DNA from: Nitrospirota bacterium | Lineage (GTDB): Bacteria; Nitrospirota; Nitrospiria; Nitrospirales; Nitrospiraceae | DNA length: 64,000 nt | NCBI GenBank assembly: GCA_963703955.1 | Contig: CAVPGK010000017.1 | Location: 64,001 to 128,000, forward strand | Direction of reading: 5' to 3' | In this document: one piece after another, positions 28,993 to 38,676 of the stretch | Numbering within the stretch: the first letter of the stretch is position 1 | Layout: every line of letters begins with the position of its first letter | The notes under the pieces: model-generated | Seen by the model: only the letters and a program-made list of their open reading frames with translations | The model's database searches: none | Told to the model about the DNA's origin: nothing | Made by a program: the position numbers and the translations under genes

Positions 28993-29100
28993 ATGACGTG
29001 TTAAGCCCCGCTGGCTGTCCTGTCCTTCGCGCTTTCTGATTCTTCCTGCGCGACCGATTTCCCAGCCCCGCCGCTTCTACGCCATGGTTGCTTTGTAACG
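28993..29100 (+). ncRNA. Structured RNA/leader family 1, copy C
   Basis: GGCTG(29013)/CAGCC(29063) compensatory stem; TCGCGC/GCGCGA hairpin. Confidence 0.6.
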
Positions 29101-29164
29101 TCCATCTGTGTCGAAGACCTTTCTCGTCTCGTTGCCATTCGGCTGAGTTGTGGAGGGCTCTCAC

Positions 29165-29359
29165 ATGCTCAACGTTGAGTTGCAGGTGATCGGCATCCTC
29201 ATCACGTTGGCCTTTCTGGGGCTCATGAGTTTTATCTTGTGGTTCGTCAAACCAGGTGTGCCCATCGAGATATGGCGGAATCAAAGTGTTATCGGATTCT
29301 CGCACAATGACGGCCCCTACAAGACGATTAGGAACTGGTGTAGGTTGTGGAGGAGCTAG
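29165..29359 (+). CDS. Small single-TM protein
   Basis: GGAGGG RBS; hydrophobic N-terminus. Confidence 0.55.
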   Translation: MLNVELQVIGILITLAFLGLMSFILWFVKPGVPIEIWRNQSVIGFSHNDGPYKTIRNWCRLWRS

Positions 29360-29545
29360 GATCCCGGGCGAACGGGCACTGCGCGTGGTCTGAAGATTGT
29401 TGAGGTCCCGCATGGTGGGAGATCGAGAAGTCTTGCGGAGTGCGGGCATGTAGGCGAGGTCGATCGCACCTGGGGCTGAACAACCGAGAGCGATAAGGCA
29501 AGAACGTTACACGAATGTGCAGGACGGCGGTTTGGACAGTCACGC

Positions 29546-29893
29546 TTGATGCGGTCATCAGACTTACAGGAGCGGAATGGTGAACGAGAGAGCATTCTTT
29601 CGCATGAGACAGCCGCGCGCAATAGTTACGTGTTGGTGGCGTGTCTCTTGATCTCGTTGTTTACGTCGGGCTGTACCGGGAACGACACCACGCGAGGCTG
29701 GACGGGCCGTGATCGAGATGAATTGGTCAAGACGTGGGGCGCTCCATCACAGGAAACAACGCTCCCAGATGGCGGCACGCGCGTGCTCTATAGCAACATT
29801 TGGACTAACGGGTACGGGCGATATACCTGCCGGCGCGAGTTTGCGACCGATCCCCAAGGAATCATCCGATCAGCGTCGTCTTCTGAATGTTAA
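29546..29893 (+). CDS. Hypothetical lipoprotein (start uncertain)
   Basis: TSGC lipobox; W.GR...ELV..WGAP motif. Confidence 0.65.
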   Translation: MMRSSDLQERNGERESILSHETAARNSYVLVACLLISLFTSGCTGNDTTRGWTGRDRDELVKTWGAPSQETTLPDGGTRVLYSNIWTNGYGRYTCRREFATDPQGIIRSASSSEC

Positions 29894-30027
29894 CAACGTT
29901 CAGAGAACCAGGACACGTGCCGCCCTTGCAGTTCTTCTTAGGCACTCGTATCCGTCCGGCAGGCTCACCTTGGAAGAAGACCGATCCCAATCACCAGCCA
30001 GCACTCCATTGGTTGCTGTGGGTCCTC

Positions 30028-30537
30028 CTAACTTTGAAAGCGGCGGAGCTGCGCCGCCAGCATGGCGGCGACTTGCGTCAGCTCGAAAGGCCACGCATAG
30101 CGAACATCGATGTGAGGATGTTTAGCGCGCAGTCGCTCCAGGCTCTCCGGGATCTCGATTTCCGAGTGACTGCCGCCGGGCGTCAGCATCGAAGGCACTA
30201 CCGTAATGGTCGTCAAGCCGGTTGCGATCATCTGTTCGACCGCCTCGTCCACCGTGGGCGAGCAGAATTCGTTATAGGCAATGGCAAAGGCGGCGCCGTT
30301 CAAGGCCGGCTTGAGTTGGGCTGCGAGGGCTTCCAGCCCGGCTTGGTAGGGGTCCGTGTGAGGAGTTCTCGGCCACCGGCGAAGGTGGGTTTCAAGTTCG
30401 ATCTCTTCCGGAGTCGGCTCAGCGCGCGTCGCTCGACGGTTGCCCTCGAGCGCTTTCAGCTTCATGAGCAGTTCCCGAGGGTAATCCTTGGGAACCCCGC
30501 CATGGCCCACCAACACCACTCCGTGCTTCTGATTCAT
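30028..30537 (-). CDS. CbiX/SirB-type chelatase
   Basis: LVGHG, AYNEFCSP, GGSHSEIEIP. Confidence 0.85.
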   Translation of the reverse strand: MNQKHGVVLVGHGGVPKDYPRELLMKLKALEGNRRATRAEPTPEEIELETHLRRWPRTPHTDPYQAGLEALAAQLKPALNGAAFAIAYNEFCSPTVDEAVEQMIATGLTTITVVPSMLTPGGSHSEIEIPESLERLRAKHPHIDVRYAWPFELTQVAAMLAAQLRRFQS

Positions 30538-30560
30538 ACTTCCTGATGACTTCTCGCTGT

Positions 30561-31337
30561 TTAGATGGCGAACTCCGCCCAGACGAACGTGTGATCCGAT
30601 GCACTCGGCGCTTTGCGTGGTTCGATGTCCACCTCCACCTGTGTACACTTCTCTGCGAGAGGGGGAGTAGCCATAATGTGGTCGATTCGCCAGCCCTTGT
30701 TCTTTTCCAGAGAGCTGGGCCGAAGATAGTCCCAAAAGGTAAATTGTTGCCGGTCCGGATAGAGCTTCCGGAAGACGTCCACAAACCCCCAGGCGACGGT
30801 CTCTTTATAGGCTCGACGGACGTCTTCATGAAAACAGACGTGTGTCAGATGTTTTTCAGGGCTGTGCACGTCGATCGGGTCGGGCGCCACGTTCATGTCG
30901 CCACACCAGACTGCCGGTCGTTCCGGAGAGAGATGTTTGGAGAAATACTGCCGCAAGCGGGTATACCACCCCAACTTGTATGCGTACTTCGGCGAGTCGA
31001 TTTTGAACCCGTTCGGGACGTACGTATTGATGATCGGAAGCCCTCGTATGATGACCCGCATCAGACGCGCATCATCGATCTCGGCTTCTCCGTCATCGAA
31101 CCCATAGTACACCGCGTCGGGGGGCACGCGTGTCAGGACCGCCACGCCGTTATAGGACTTCATGCCGCGAAATGAAACATGATAACCGGTGGTTGCCAGC
31201 GCGAGACCGGGAAACAGCTCGTCTTGGACCTTGGTTTCCTGGAGGCAGAGGACATCGGGCTGGTGCTGCTCAAGCCAGCGCGAGACGATTGGTAAGCGCA
31301 TGCGGATGGAATTTACATTAAATGTGGCGATTTTCAT
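30561..31337 (-). CDS. xth: Exodeoxyribonuclease III
   Basis: TFNVNS, LQETK, GDMNVA, RIDH, SDH. Confidence 0.95.
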   Translation of the reverse strand: MKIATFNVNSIRMRLPIVSRWLEQHQPDVLCLQETKVQDELFPGLALATTGYHVSFRGMKSYNGVAVLTRVPPDAVYYGFDDGEAEIDDARLMRVIIRGLPIINTYVPNGFKIDSPKYAYKLGWYTRLRQYFSKHLSPERPAVWCGDMNVAPDPIDVHSPEKHLTHVCFHEDVRRAYKETVAWGFVDVFRKLYPDRQQFTFWDYLRPSSLEKNKGWRIDHIMATPPLAEKCTQVEVDIEPRKAPSASDHTFVWAEFAI

Positions 31338-31443
31338 CGAAGCAATGGATGAGTATGGGGCGGATTATAACAGAGGGCTGAATCGAGAAGACAGGCGCTT
31401 CGGGAATTCAGCGTGTGGGCATAGGCATTATCGGTGGCGCAGG

Positions 31444-32220
31444 TCACCGCAACGTTCGGACAAGCATTTGCATTTCGTCCATGGCCGTGGCCACGGCCGC
31501 CACGACACCGTGAACAGAGGTGGTCGCTTGGTTAAAGAGCAGAACATGTCTGTCCTTGTCCACCACGCTCCCCCCGGCTTCTTCAACCAATAAGACCCCG
31601 GCTGCAATATCCCACTCGTTCAACCGATCCAGATTCAAGGTCCCATCGGCTTGACCGGCGGCGACCATGGCCAGCGTGTAGGCGATGGATCCCATCGGCC
31701 GGCAATCAGCGATTGCCTCGAGGCGTTGAAATGCCCCCCGCGCGAATGCAGGTGGACTGACCAGAACGACCGGGCGCTTGCCGTCTCCTCGATCAGCTCG
31801 GATGGGCTTGCCGTTGAGCCATGCGCCCGATCCGCGAACCGCTGAAAACATCTCCTGACTCACTGGATTGTAGACGACCGCGACCACGGGCTTGCCCTTC
31901 TCGACGAGGGCGACCGAGATCGAATATTGAGGGATGCCCTTCATGAAATATTTTGTCCCGTCAATCGGGTCCACGATCCAGACCCGCTCCTTCAGAATTC
32001 GCTGCGAGTCATCCCGGACCTCTTCGGATAGCCAACCGTCCTCGGGAAAGGTTTGTATGAGAATCTCATGCAAGATTCGGTTAACCTCCAAGTCAGCCGT
32101 TGTGACGGGAGACTGATCGTGCTTGATGTAAGTCTCAAATCCATCAGTGGCGAGTTGCAGGACCCGCTCGCCGGCCTGGTGGGCCGCCATGCGCAAGGTG
32201 TCAATCTCACGATCCATCAT
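31444..32220 (-). CDS. Inositol monophosphatase/CysQ family
   Basis: PVTTAD, WIVDPIDGT, WDIAAG. Confidence 0.9.
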   Translation of the reverse strand: MMDREIDTLRMAAHQAGERVLQLATDGFETYIKHDQSPVTTADLEVNRILHEILIQTFPEDGWLSEEVRDDSQRILKERVWIVDPIDGTKYFMKGIPQYSISVALVEKGKPVVAVVYNPVSQEMFSAVRGSGAWLNGKPIRADRGDGKRPVVLVSPPAFARGAFQRLEAIADCRPMGSIAYTLAMVAAGQADGTLNLDRLNEWDIAAGVLLVEEAGGSVVDKDRHVLLFNQATTSVHGVVAAVATAMDEMQMLVRTLR

Positions 32221-32447
32221 TCTTCGTCCTCGATTTCTGGGCCGGCTCCTGCCGTGTGGGGGCCGTCTCAAAGGAGAGCGTACCAGGTCAGAGCTGAAGA
32301 GAAAAGCAGGTCCAAGACGCAGGCCACGCTCAGAACGGCACACAGACAAGCAAAAACCCTATGGTCAGCTATAATCAAATCATAGCGTTGCAGTGGCGGA
32401 CGGCTGGTGCGGTCGTCCCGTCCACGGATCTTTTGGCAGAAGGCCTG

Positions 32448-32924
32448 ATGGCGCAAATCCTATCCTGTCCACAATGCGGCAAAGACGACGTGCTCCGGTC
32501 GCGATGCTTTTCCTTGTTTGAGCATCTGGCCGACGTGTTTCTGGTCTCACCGTTCACCTGTCAGCAGTGCAGCCATCGGTTTATGTCCTGGCGCCTGGGG
32601 CGCCAGTATCCTACGCGGCTCATCGACCGACGAAAACACCGCCGTATTCCAGTTCGTCTGGCTCTTTCCTTCTCGGGAGGTCGAGTCCGGGGAAAGGGCA
32701 CCGTGCTCGACATTTCAATGGGAGGCTGTATTATCGAAAGCGAGACTCACGTGCAGGTCGATGATATCTTCTATTTGCAGATGTACCTTACGGACCACGA
32801 GCCGCCGATAGAAGTTGCGGCCATGGTGCGATCGATCAGCGGGAAAGGGATCGGGTTCAAGTTCCTCCGCGCGGCTCGCGAGAACAAGCGATTATTCGAA
32901 TTTCTTCATTCGCGGGGTGCGTAG
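32448..32924 (+). CDS. PilZ-domain protein with N-terminal Zn-ribbon
   Basis: CPQC...CQQC; RRKHRR and DISMGG PilZ motifs. Confidence 0.85.
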   Translation: MAQILSCPQCGKDDVLRSRCFSLFEHLADVFLVSPFTCQQCSHRFMSWRLGRQYPTRLIDRRKHRRIPVRLALSFSGGRVRGKGTVLDISMGGCIIESETHVQVDDIFYLQMYLTDHEPPIEVAAMVRSISGKGIGFKFLRAARENKRLFEFLHSRGA

Positions 32925-32952
32925 GAGGCAGGTAGCCGGACAGCTCTGTCGA

Positions 32953-33774
32953 TCAGTCGTCCGCAACCGCACTTTCGCCGTAGAGCCTGGTGTCGGCCAC
33001 ATCAAAGAGCGTCGTTGAAACCTCAGCGTCGTCAGGGGCGGTCGCGATACTGTAGAGCACTCGAAGGTCGGCATTCGGCGCGAGTCGAGTGAGATCCGGT
33101 TCGAACTTTTGCACAATTCGCTTGGCGACAGTGTGGGCCCCCTGACTGTCTGATTGAGGCAGCAAGACGGCGAACTCATCCTCGGAAACTCGGCAGGCGT
33201 AATCATACCCCCGCACCGATTCGGCGCACGCGCAGGCCAAGCTCACTAGCAGAGCATCTCCGACCGTAGCGCCATGCTTGTCTTTTGCGCGCTTGAAATT
33301 TTCCAGGTTGACGAGGACCAAGGAAAGCGGATAGCCGTGCCGCAGTGCGCGACCGAGTTCCTTGCCTAGGAAGATGTCAAGCAACCGACGGTTGTAGAGG
33401 CCGGTGAGCGGATCGGCGTCGGCCGAGAGGCGGCGGACCTTGAGTTCCCGATGTTTCAGCAGCACCGCATCACGCAGCAGTGAGGTTGTGACGAAGTATT
33501 CAATCGCCGCGGTTTTCAGATTTACCTCTCGCCCGAGACGTTCGCTGAGCGCCTTCTGTCGGAGCAAGATCTCATGCCAGTGGGTCAGATCTTCCGGCTC
33601 CGGCGTCTTATGAACGTTCTTCAGCAGTTTTTCCAGGAAGGCCTGCTGCATAGACTGGTCAAGCTGCTGGAGCGTGTCAATCAAGATATCGAGGAAATGG
33701 ACGCCGCCATAGCTTTCCCATTCGTCCGGGAGTCCATCGTTCTGCGAATGCATCCGGTCCATATGGGGTTCCAT
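32953..33774 (-). CDS. GGDEF-domain protein with degenerate active site (SEDEF)
   Basis: DPLTGLYNRR, GDALL, RVSEDEF. Confidence 0.85.
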   Translation of the reverse strand: MEPHMDRMHSQNDGLPDEWESYGGVHFLDILIDTLQQLDQSMQQAFLEKLLKNVHKTPEPEDLTHWHEILLRQKALSERLGREVNLKTAAIEYFVTTSLLRDAVLLKHRELKVRRLSADADPLTGLYNRRLLDIFLGKELGRALRHGYPLSLVLVNLENFKRAKDKHGATVGDALLVSLACACAESVRGYDYACRVSEDEFAVLLPQSDSQGAHTVAKRIVQKFEPDLTRLAPNADLRVLYSIATAPDDAEVSTTLFDVADTRLYGESAVADD

Positions 33775-34049
33775 CCGTCCTTCCTTACCGCCTTTACCTG
33801 GCATCAAGTCACACGCGGCGCTGTGTGAACGGAAAACAAATCATTTTTAATGTTGAATACTTATGAGAATTTGTCAAGGACAACTTGCTTGTGAGCCAAA
33901 CCGCCTGAGGAAGAGGGGCGCAACCCCCTCGCTCAACTGTCTCAGAACCACGTGGTCTTGCGAGGTTCAGGCGACACTCCAGCCCAGATTATCCATGAAC
34001 GCCTCCTGCGACTGCCGATCCTCGCGACCGTATTCATGAATAATCCGGG

Positions 34050-35201
34050 CTAGAACGTCCAATTCGCTCCGAAGAATACGCCTTGCCGTCGGGTATGCTC
34101 TTCGTTGTGCACAGCAAATCCGACCGTCCCGTTGGCGAGAAACGCTTGCAGTGTCCCGCTTCCCGACTGAATATCCCAGTACGCGTAACCGACTTCGAGT
34201 GTAAGGCGCCGCCAGACTCGCACGAGAACCGAGCCTTCCAGTTGCACGCCATTACCCCCGGTCGCCTCCGTCAAGAAACTGGGGTCTTGGCGTAAATCGG
34301 TACGCAAGTGGTGGATGTCTTCATTCTGATAGCTAGAATAGGGAATGTAAAAGACGCTGCCCTTGAACGCCAAGCGTGAGAGGACCGGCACGGTGGCGCG
34401 TGTCCCGATCCGGATGCTGTTCCAGGTATTGGTCTGGGTGATCGCGGTGACCCCATTGAACGATGAGGTACCGGTGAGCAGATTCTGAACACCGGAGGCC
34501 TCGTAGCTTTCCCGCCAGTATTGATACCCGACGAGGAGGTCGATTCCTCCCAGCACCGGATTCTCTCGGACTTCCCAGCCGAACACCCGTAACCCGGCAG
34601 CGAATGAGACCGTGAGTACGCTGTCCCCGGTGACTTCGGAGAGGGTTTCAGAGAATTTGTTTGTTCGGTTATTCCCGAGCCAGTCTTGATCCAGCAGAGT
34701 GCCGTGGGCGTGTGAGCCATAGCCGATCATCAAGTCGGCGACGAAGCGGTTGTGGACGACCAGATCACCGGTGAATTGTGTGATGGGAACGTTCAACCCG
34801 CTCCAGGTCAATTCCGAACTGACGTTGGGGCCGCCGAAATTCCCGATGTTGTGGGCGCTGTGTCCCTGGCTGAACCATTCTCTCATACCGACCGTAAAGG
34901 AATAGGAGCGAGTTTCTTTCCTTACGGTCGCTGGATCCTCAGCGGAGACAGGTTGGTCTGGTGCGGAGACGGGTTCTTGGACGGGGACGGGTTGCTGTCG
35001 AGCGGCGACAAGCTCTTCCTGAATGGCAATCGATTCGTGTTGGACCGGGCCGAGTTGCTGACCTGAGATGGGGTCTTCTTGGGCGGAGACCGGAACGATG
35101 GGGATGACCCACAAGCTGACCGCGATCATGAGAAGGGACGACAAGCGGATCATGAAATCAAAGGTAGCAGAAGAGTTCGTCTTTGGTGGAAAGTCTCTCA
35201 C
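34050..35201 (-). CDS. Outer-membrane beta-barrel protein (omptin-like); start may be ~35153
   Basis: Signal peptide, amphipathic strands, DQDW, C-terminal WTF. Confidence 0.7.
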   Translation of the reverse strand: MRDFPPKTNSSATFDFMIRLSSLLMIAVSLWVIPIVPVSAQEDPISGQQLGPVQHESIAIQEELVAARQQPVPVQEPVSAPDQPVSAEDPATVRKETRSYSFTVGMREWFSQGHSAHNIGNFGGPNVSSELTWSGLNVPITQFTGDLVVHNRFVADLMIGYGSHAHGTLLDQDWLGNNRTNKFSETLSEVTGDSVLTVSFAAGLRVFGWEVRENPVLGGIDLLVGYQYWRESYEASGVQNLLTGTSSFNGVTAITQTNTWNSIRIGTRATVPVLSRLAFKGSVFYIPYSSYQNEDIHHLRTDLRQDPSFLTEATGGNGVQLEGSVLVRVWRRLTLEVGYAYWDIQSGSGTLQAFLANGTVGFAVHNEEHTRRQGVFFGANWTF

Positions 35202-35265
35202 GCAGCGGTCGACAAGATCTGAGGCAAATGATCATCGGCCCGATGAGCCGTGGCGTTTGGCCGAT

Positions 35266-35838
35266 CTACCGGAGTCGTGGAGTAACGATGCCGACGTGAA
35301 CGTCAAATTGTCCCCGGCCTCGATCGGAGACGTATCGAATCAACGTTTCGTGAATCACGGGAAAGGCCAAAGCCTCCCACGGAATTTTGTCCGGGTGAAA
35401 GAGTTGGACCTCGAGGCTCTCGTTGCCGGCTCCAAAGACAGGTCGCCGCAGCGTTCCGCGGAACACCACGTAAACCTGACTGATATGCGGAAGGCTGAAC
35501 ACAGCGTAGAGTGACGTAATATCCACATCGGCTTGCGCCTCTTCGAGCGTCTCACGGGCTGCAGCCTGCTCGACGCTTTCGCCCTTTTCCATGAAACCGG
35601 CGGGAAACGTCCAGAAGCCGGTCCGGGGATCAATGGCTCGACGACACAAGAGAATCTGGTCCTGCCACTCGGGCAGGCAGCCTGCCACCATCTTCGGGTT
35701 CTCGTAATGAATGGTCTGGCACGCATCACACACATACCGGAGCAAGACCTCCCCCGCGGGGATTTTCAACGAGACCGGCGCTCCGCACTGACAGCAATAG
35801 TTCATATTCAAACCAGCGTCGGCTCCGCGTTCACTCAT
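35266..35838 (-). CDS. NUDIX hydrolase with N-terminal Zn-ribbon
   Basis: CCQCG...CDAC; GFMEKGESVEQAAARETLEEA. Confidence 0.92.
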   Translation of the reverse strand: MSERGADAGLNMNYCCQCGAPVSLKIPAGEVLLRYVCDACQTIHYENPKMVAGCLPEWQDQILLCRRAIDPRTGFWTFPAGFMEKGESVEQAAARETLEEAQADVDITSLYAVFSLPHISQVYVVFRGTLRRPVFGAGNESLEVQLFHPDKIPWEALAFPVIHETLIRYVSDRGRGQFDVHVGIVTPRLR

Positions 35839-36049
35839 GCGGCGAGCCCTTGTGGCTTCTGGCTCGCCTGATCGAACAATACAAGGCGTATCCCTGGGCG
35901 ATCATACCGGTCGCCGTCAACCCCAACGCCGTTCTCAACCAAATGGAGTCCGGGTGGTCCAATCCGTACATGCCGGCCACGAATCCAAGCGCAATCGAAA
36001 TAATGCCGATGGCTCTGGCAATCAGGGCGCTTTGCTGAAGATTGACCAC
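35831..36049 (-). CDS. Small two-TM membrane protein
   Basis: Two hydrophobic segments; overlaps the NUDIX start. Confidence 0.6.
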   Translation of the reverse strand: MVNLQQSALIARAIGIISIALGFVAGMYGLDHPDSIWLRTALGLTATGMIAQGYALYCSIRRARSHKGSPHE

Positions 36050-36258
36050 TGCAGGCTCACGGTTGAAGACAGATCAGTAGCAGGTTTGAATAAGATCATC
36101 AAGCGGCCGCGAACTCCATTGACCCCGACTTGACTCGACTTGGGTTTGAGAGTTCCTTATTCCAGGTGGGAATAGAAGATGGGAGCAGCCACTGATCAGC
36201 GCTGCGGACGCAGCCCCACGGGTGAAAGCCACTCTGGCCCGACGAAGAACAAGGCAGG

Positions 36259-36564
36259 TCAAGGAGGGAGTTCCCATGCCGTCGGGGTCTGATGATCGCT
36301 GACTAAGCGATCGTGTTTCGCTCGATCGAAGGCTTCAATCGACAGATCGTTCGAATCGAGGGGTTCTTCGCAAGCCGGAGAACAGAGAAAGTCGACATAC
36401 GCTTGGGCCTTCGCCTGTGTCGCAAAGCGGCAGAGACCGTATTCCGGCATGCCGGAAGAGGGGTGCCAACAAGCCAGTCCGGCTGCGGTTCCTTGAAAAA
36501 TACCCAATCGGCGATGGGTGATCTGATACCCGCCGGGTAACTGGGACGAGCGTTCTAATGACAT
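36259..36564 (-). CDS. Hypothetical protein, paralog of 25051-25356
   Basis: MSLERSSQLPGGYQITHRRLGIFQG. Confidence 0.75.
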   Translation of the reverse strand: MSLERSSQLPGGYQITHRRLGIFQGTAAGLACWHPSSGMPEYGLCRFATQAKAQAYVDFLCSPACEEPLDSNDLSIEAFDRAKHDRLVSDHQTPTAWELPP

Positions 36565-36574
36565 GCGGCCTTCG

Positions 36575-36952
36575 CTACTCGCTCGCTTCTACACGATCCA
36601 CAAAGTAATCGGTCGTACCGAAGCAATCGGTCGGCAACCCTCGGTACTCGCGGTAATGGAGGACGACTCTTTTCCCGATCATGGTGTTGACCTGGGCGGC
36701 GACTTTTTCGTCCCACACGCTGAAGATCCAGATCACCGGGGCCAGGCCGGGAACCGTCGTCATCGCCAGCTCACCTTCGTAGGTCTTGCAAATCCAGCCC
36801 CGGTGAGAGAACTTCTGTAGATAGCCGACTCGGTCTCCGTCGGAGAAGCTCCAGTTCAACACCACGACCAGATAGATGGCACCCATTACAATGGGGCTCA
36901 GGATCAAGGCCACTAGGAACCGTTTGATCCCACGACGTACGTCGAGACTCAT
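36575..36952 (-). CDS. Membrane-anchored hypothetical protein
   Basis: N-terminal TM; G.R.G..QKFS..GW..KT.EGEL motif. Confidence 0.8.
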   Translation of the reverse strand: MSLDVRRGIKRFLVALILSPIVMGAIYLVVVLNWSFSDGDRVGYLQKFSHRGWICKTYEGELAMTTVPGLAPVIWIFSVWDEKVAAQVNTMIGKRVVLHYREYRGLPTDCFGTTDYFVDRVEASE

Positions 36953-37170
36953 AGGTCATCACCCTCCTGCAGCAGAGAGAAGCGCGGCACCGACTTTTTA
37001 TCGACCATGACGGATTCCAAGAACATCCCGATCGGCCGCACCCACAACCCGCCTTCGCCATACAGCGCCTTATAGACCACGAACTCTTCCTCCGTCTCCG
37101 AATGCTTTGCGCAACCAATCACCTCATACTCCTTCCCCTTATAATGCCGATACCGCCCGGGCTTCACCAT
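36949..37170 (-). CDS. DUF1653 family protein
   Basis: GRYRHYKG.EYEV...HSET..VVYKALYG..WVRP. Confidence 0.9.
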   Translation of the reverse strand: MVKPGRYRHYKGKEYEVIGCAKHSETEEEFVVYKALYGEGGLWVRPIGMFLESVMVDKKSVPRFSLLQEGDDL

Positions 37171-37332
37171 CTTCTTCTCCTCCGTTCCCCCACACCAGTG
37201 CGACCGTCCCGATTAATGACGGAGTGGTGGGCGCCGGAGCGGACCTCACAGAAGCGGCGGGTTCCCCGCCTGGCGCTCGAAGAAGGAAAGGTGGTACTGA
37301 CCAAAGCACCACGATCACACGCGACGCCACGA

Positions 37333-38094
37333 TTACCAATCTGCCATCAGACGATCGATAATCACTTGCTGAACGATCGTGTTCGGACCCAATGTGCACA
37401 GATAGACCGCCGTTTCCGCAACATCAAACGGGCTGATGGCACCGCTTCGCTCGATCTCCTCCGGCGGCGCATCCACGAGCTCATCCGCCACGCCGCCGGG
37501 ACAGATCGCACACACTTTGATCTGATGCCGTCGACCTTCATCCGCCATCGCTTTGGTGAGGGCCATAATGCCGTGCTTCGAGGCGCTGTAAATCCCCGTT
37601 CCCGCCCAGGCCTGAACGCCCGCCACGCTGGACATATTAATAATGATGCCGCCCTGGGAAGGGGCGCGTTCCGACCCGCCCGGGCTGGGCGGATGAGATT
37701 GTTGCTGCATCTCCCGAAACCCGGCGCGGGCACACAAAAAGGTCCCCCGGAGATTGGTAAACATCACTTCATCGAAAGCTTTGGTCGTCGCGTCCGCGAT
37801 GCGTCCCCCGCCTCCGATGCCGGCATTATTGACCAGAATATCCAACCGTCCGAACTGCCGCACGGTTTCCGAAATCAGCCGCTCCACTTGTAATTCGTTT
37901 GTCACGTCAGTGGGGATCGACGTTGCCTCCCCGCCCCGTTGTCGAATCTGTGTGACGACCTGTTTGCACAGACTTTGCCGCCGCGCCGCCACCACGACCC
38001 GCGCACCTTCGTGAGCGAACGTCAGCGCAATCGCCTTCCCGATTCCGCTACTGCTCCCCGTGACGATTGCTGTCTTTCCTGACAAACGTTTCAT
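37333..38094 (-). CDS. SDR family oxidoreductase
   Basis: TGSSSGIG, NNAG, YSASK. Confidence 0.92.
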   Translation of the reverse strand: MKRLSGKTAIVTGSSSGIGKAIALTFAHEGARVVVAARRQSLCKQVVTQIRQRGGEATSIPTDVTNELQVERLISETVRQFGRLDILVNNAGIGGGGRIADATTKAFDEVMFTNLRGTFLCARAGFREMQQQSHPPSPGGSERAPSQGGIIINMSSVAGVQAWAGTGIYSASKHGIMALTKAMADEGRRHQIKVCAICPGGVADELVDAPPEEIERSGAISPFDVAETAVYLCTLGPNTIVQQVIIDRLMADW

Positions 38095-38235
38095 GGTGCA
38101 CTTTCCACGGTGTCCCCGCCGGCCGCTAGAATACAGGAATCTCTCGTCCTGGAACAGCCCTTGCTCCGACAAAGATCGCTCTGATACACTCCAACTTCCG
38201 GTGAGCCTTTCGTCAGCAGACAAGGAGGAAATGCC

Positions 38236-38670
38236 ATGGGAGAGGTTAGTCCGACACCTGAAGTTGCGACGAGGGCTATTGAAGATCTCACCAAGATGGA
38301 TGTCGATCCCGCAAAAGGAGAACGCCTGTACAAGGCGGCCCTGGTTCATTCAAATAAGGGGTCGACCTATCGCATGCTGGCCAAATCCCTGAAGGACGGG
38401 AGGCTCGATCTGGTTCATTATGGCTGCATGCTGGATGAGCAAGGGAATCCGACCACGAAATGGAGCATCCGACGCATTCTGGAGCAGAAGCCTGAGCGGT
38501 TCGACAGGGAGATCGAAACGATCAAGAAGACGATTCAGGATAGCGGCGAAGCGGTCCAGGGGGTGTGGGTGCATGATCTGACCACCATGACGGACATTGC
38601 CGCTCAAGGAACCAGTCTTGAGGCGTGGACCAAGAAGGTGGTGAGCGAACTTCGAAATCAGCCTTCCTGA
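38236..38670 (+). CDS. Hypothetical protein
   Basis: AAGGAGG RBS; 144-aa ORF. Confidence 0.75.
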   Translation: MGEVSPTPEVATRAIEDLTKMDVDPAKGERLYKAALVHSNKGSTYRMLAKSLKDGRLDLVHYGCMLDEQGNPTTKWSIRRILEQKPERFDREIETIKKTIQDSGEAVQGVWVHDLTTMTDIAAQGTSLEAWTKKVVSELRNQPS

Positions 38671-38676
38671 ACCGTC

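Noticed and set aside
33880..34030. Possible c-di-GMP riboswitch upstream of the GGDEF gene
   Set aside because: Hairpins are present but the GEMM consensus is not recognisable
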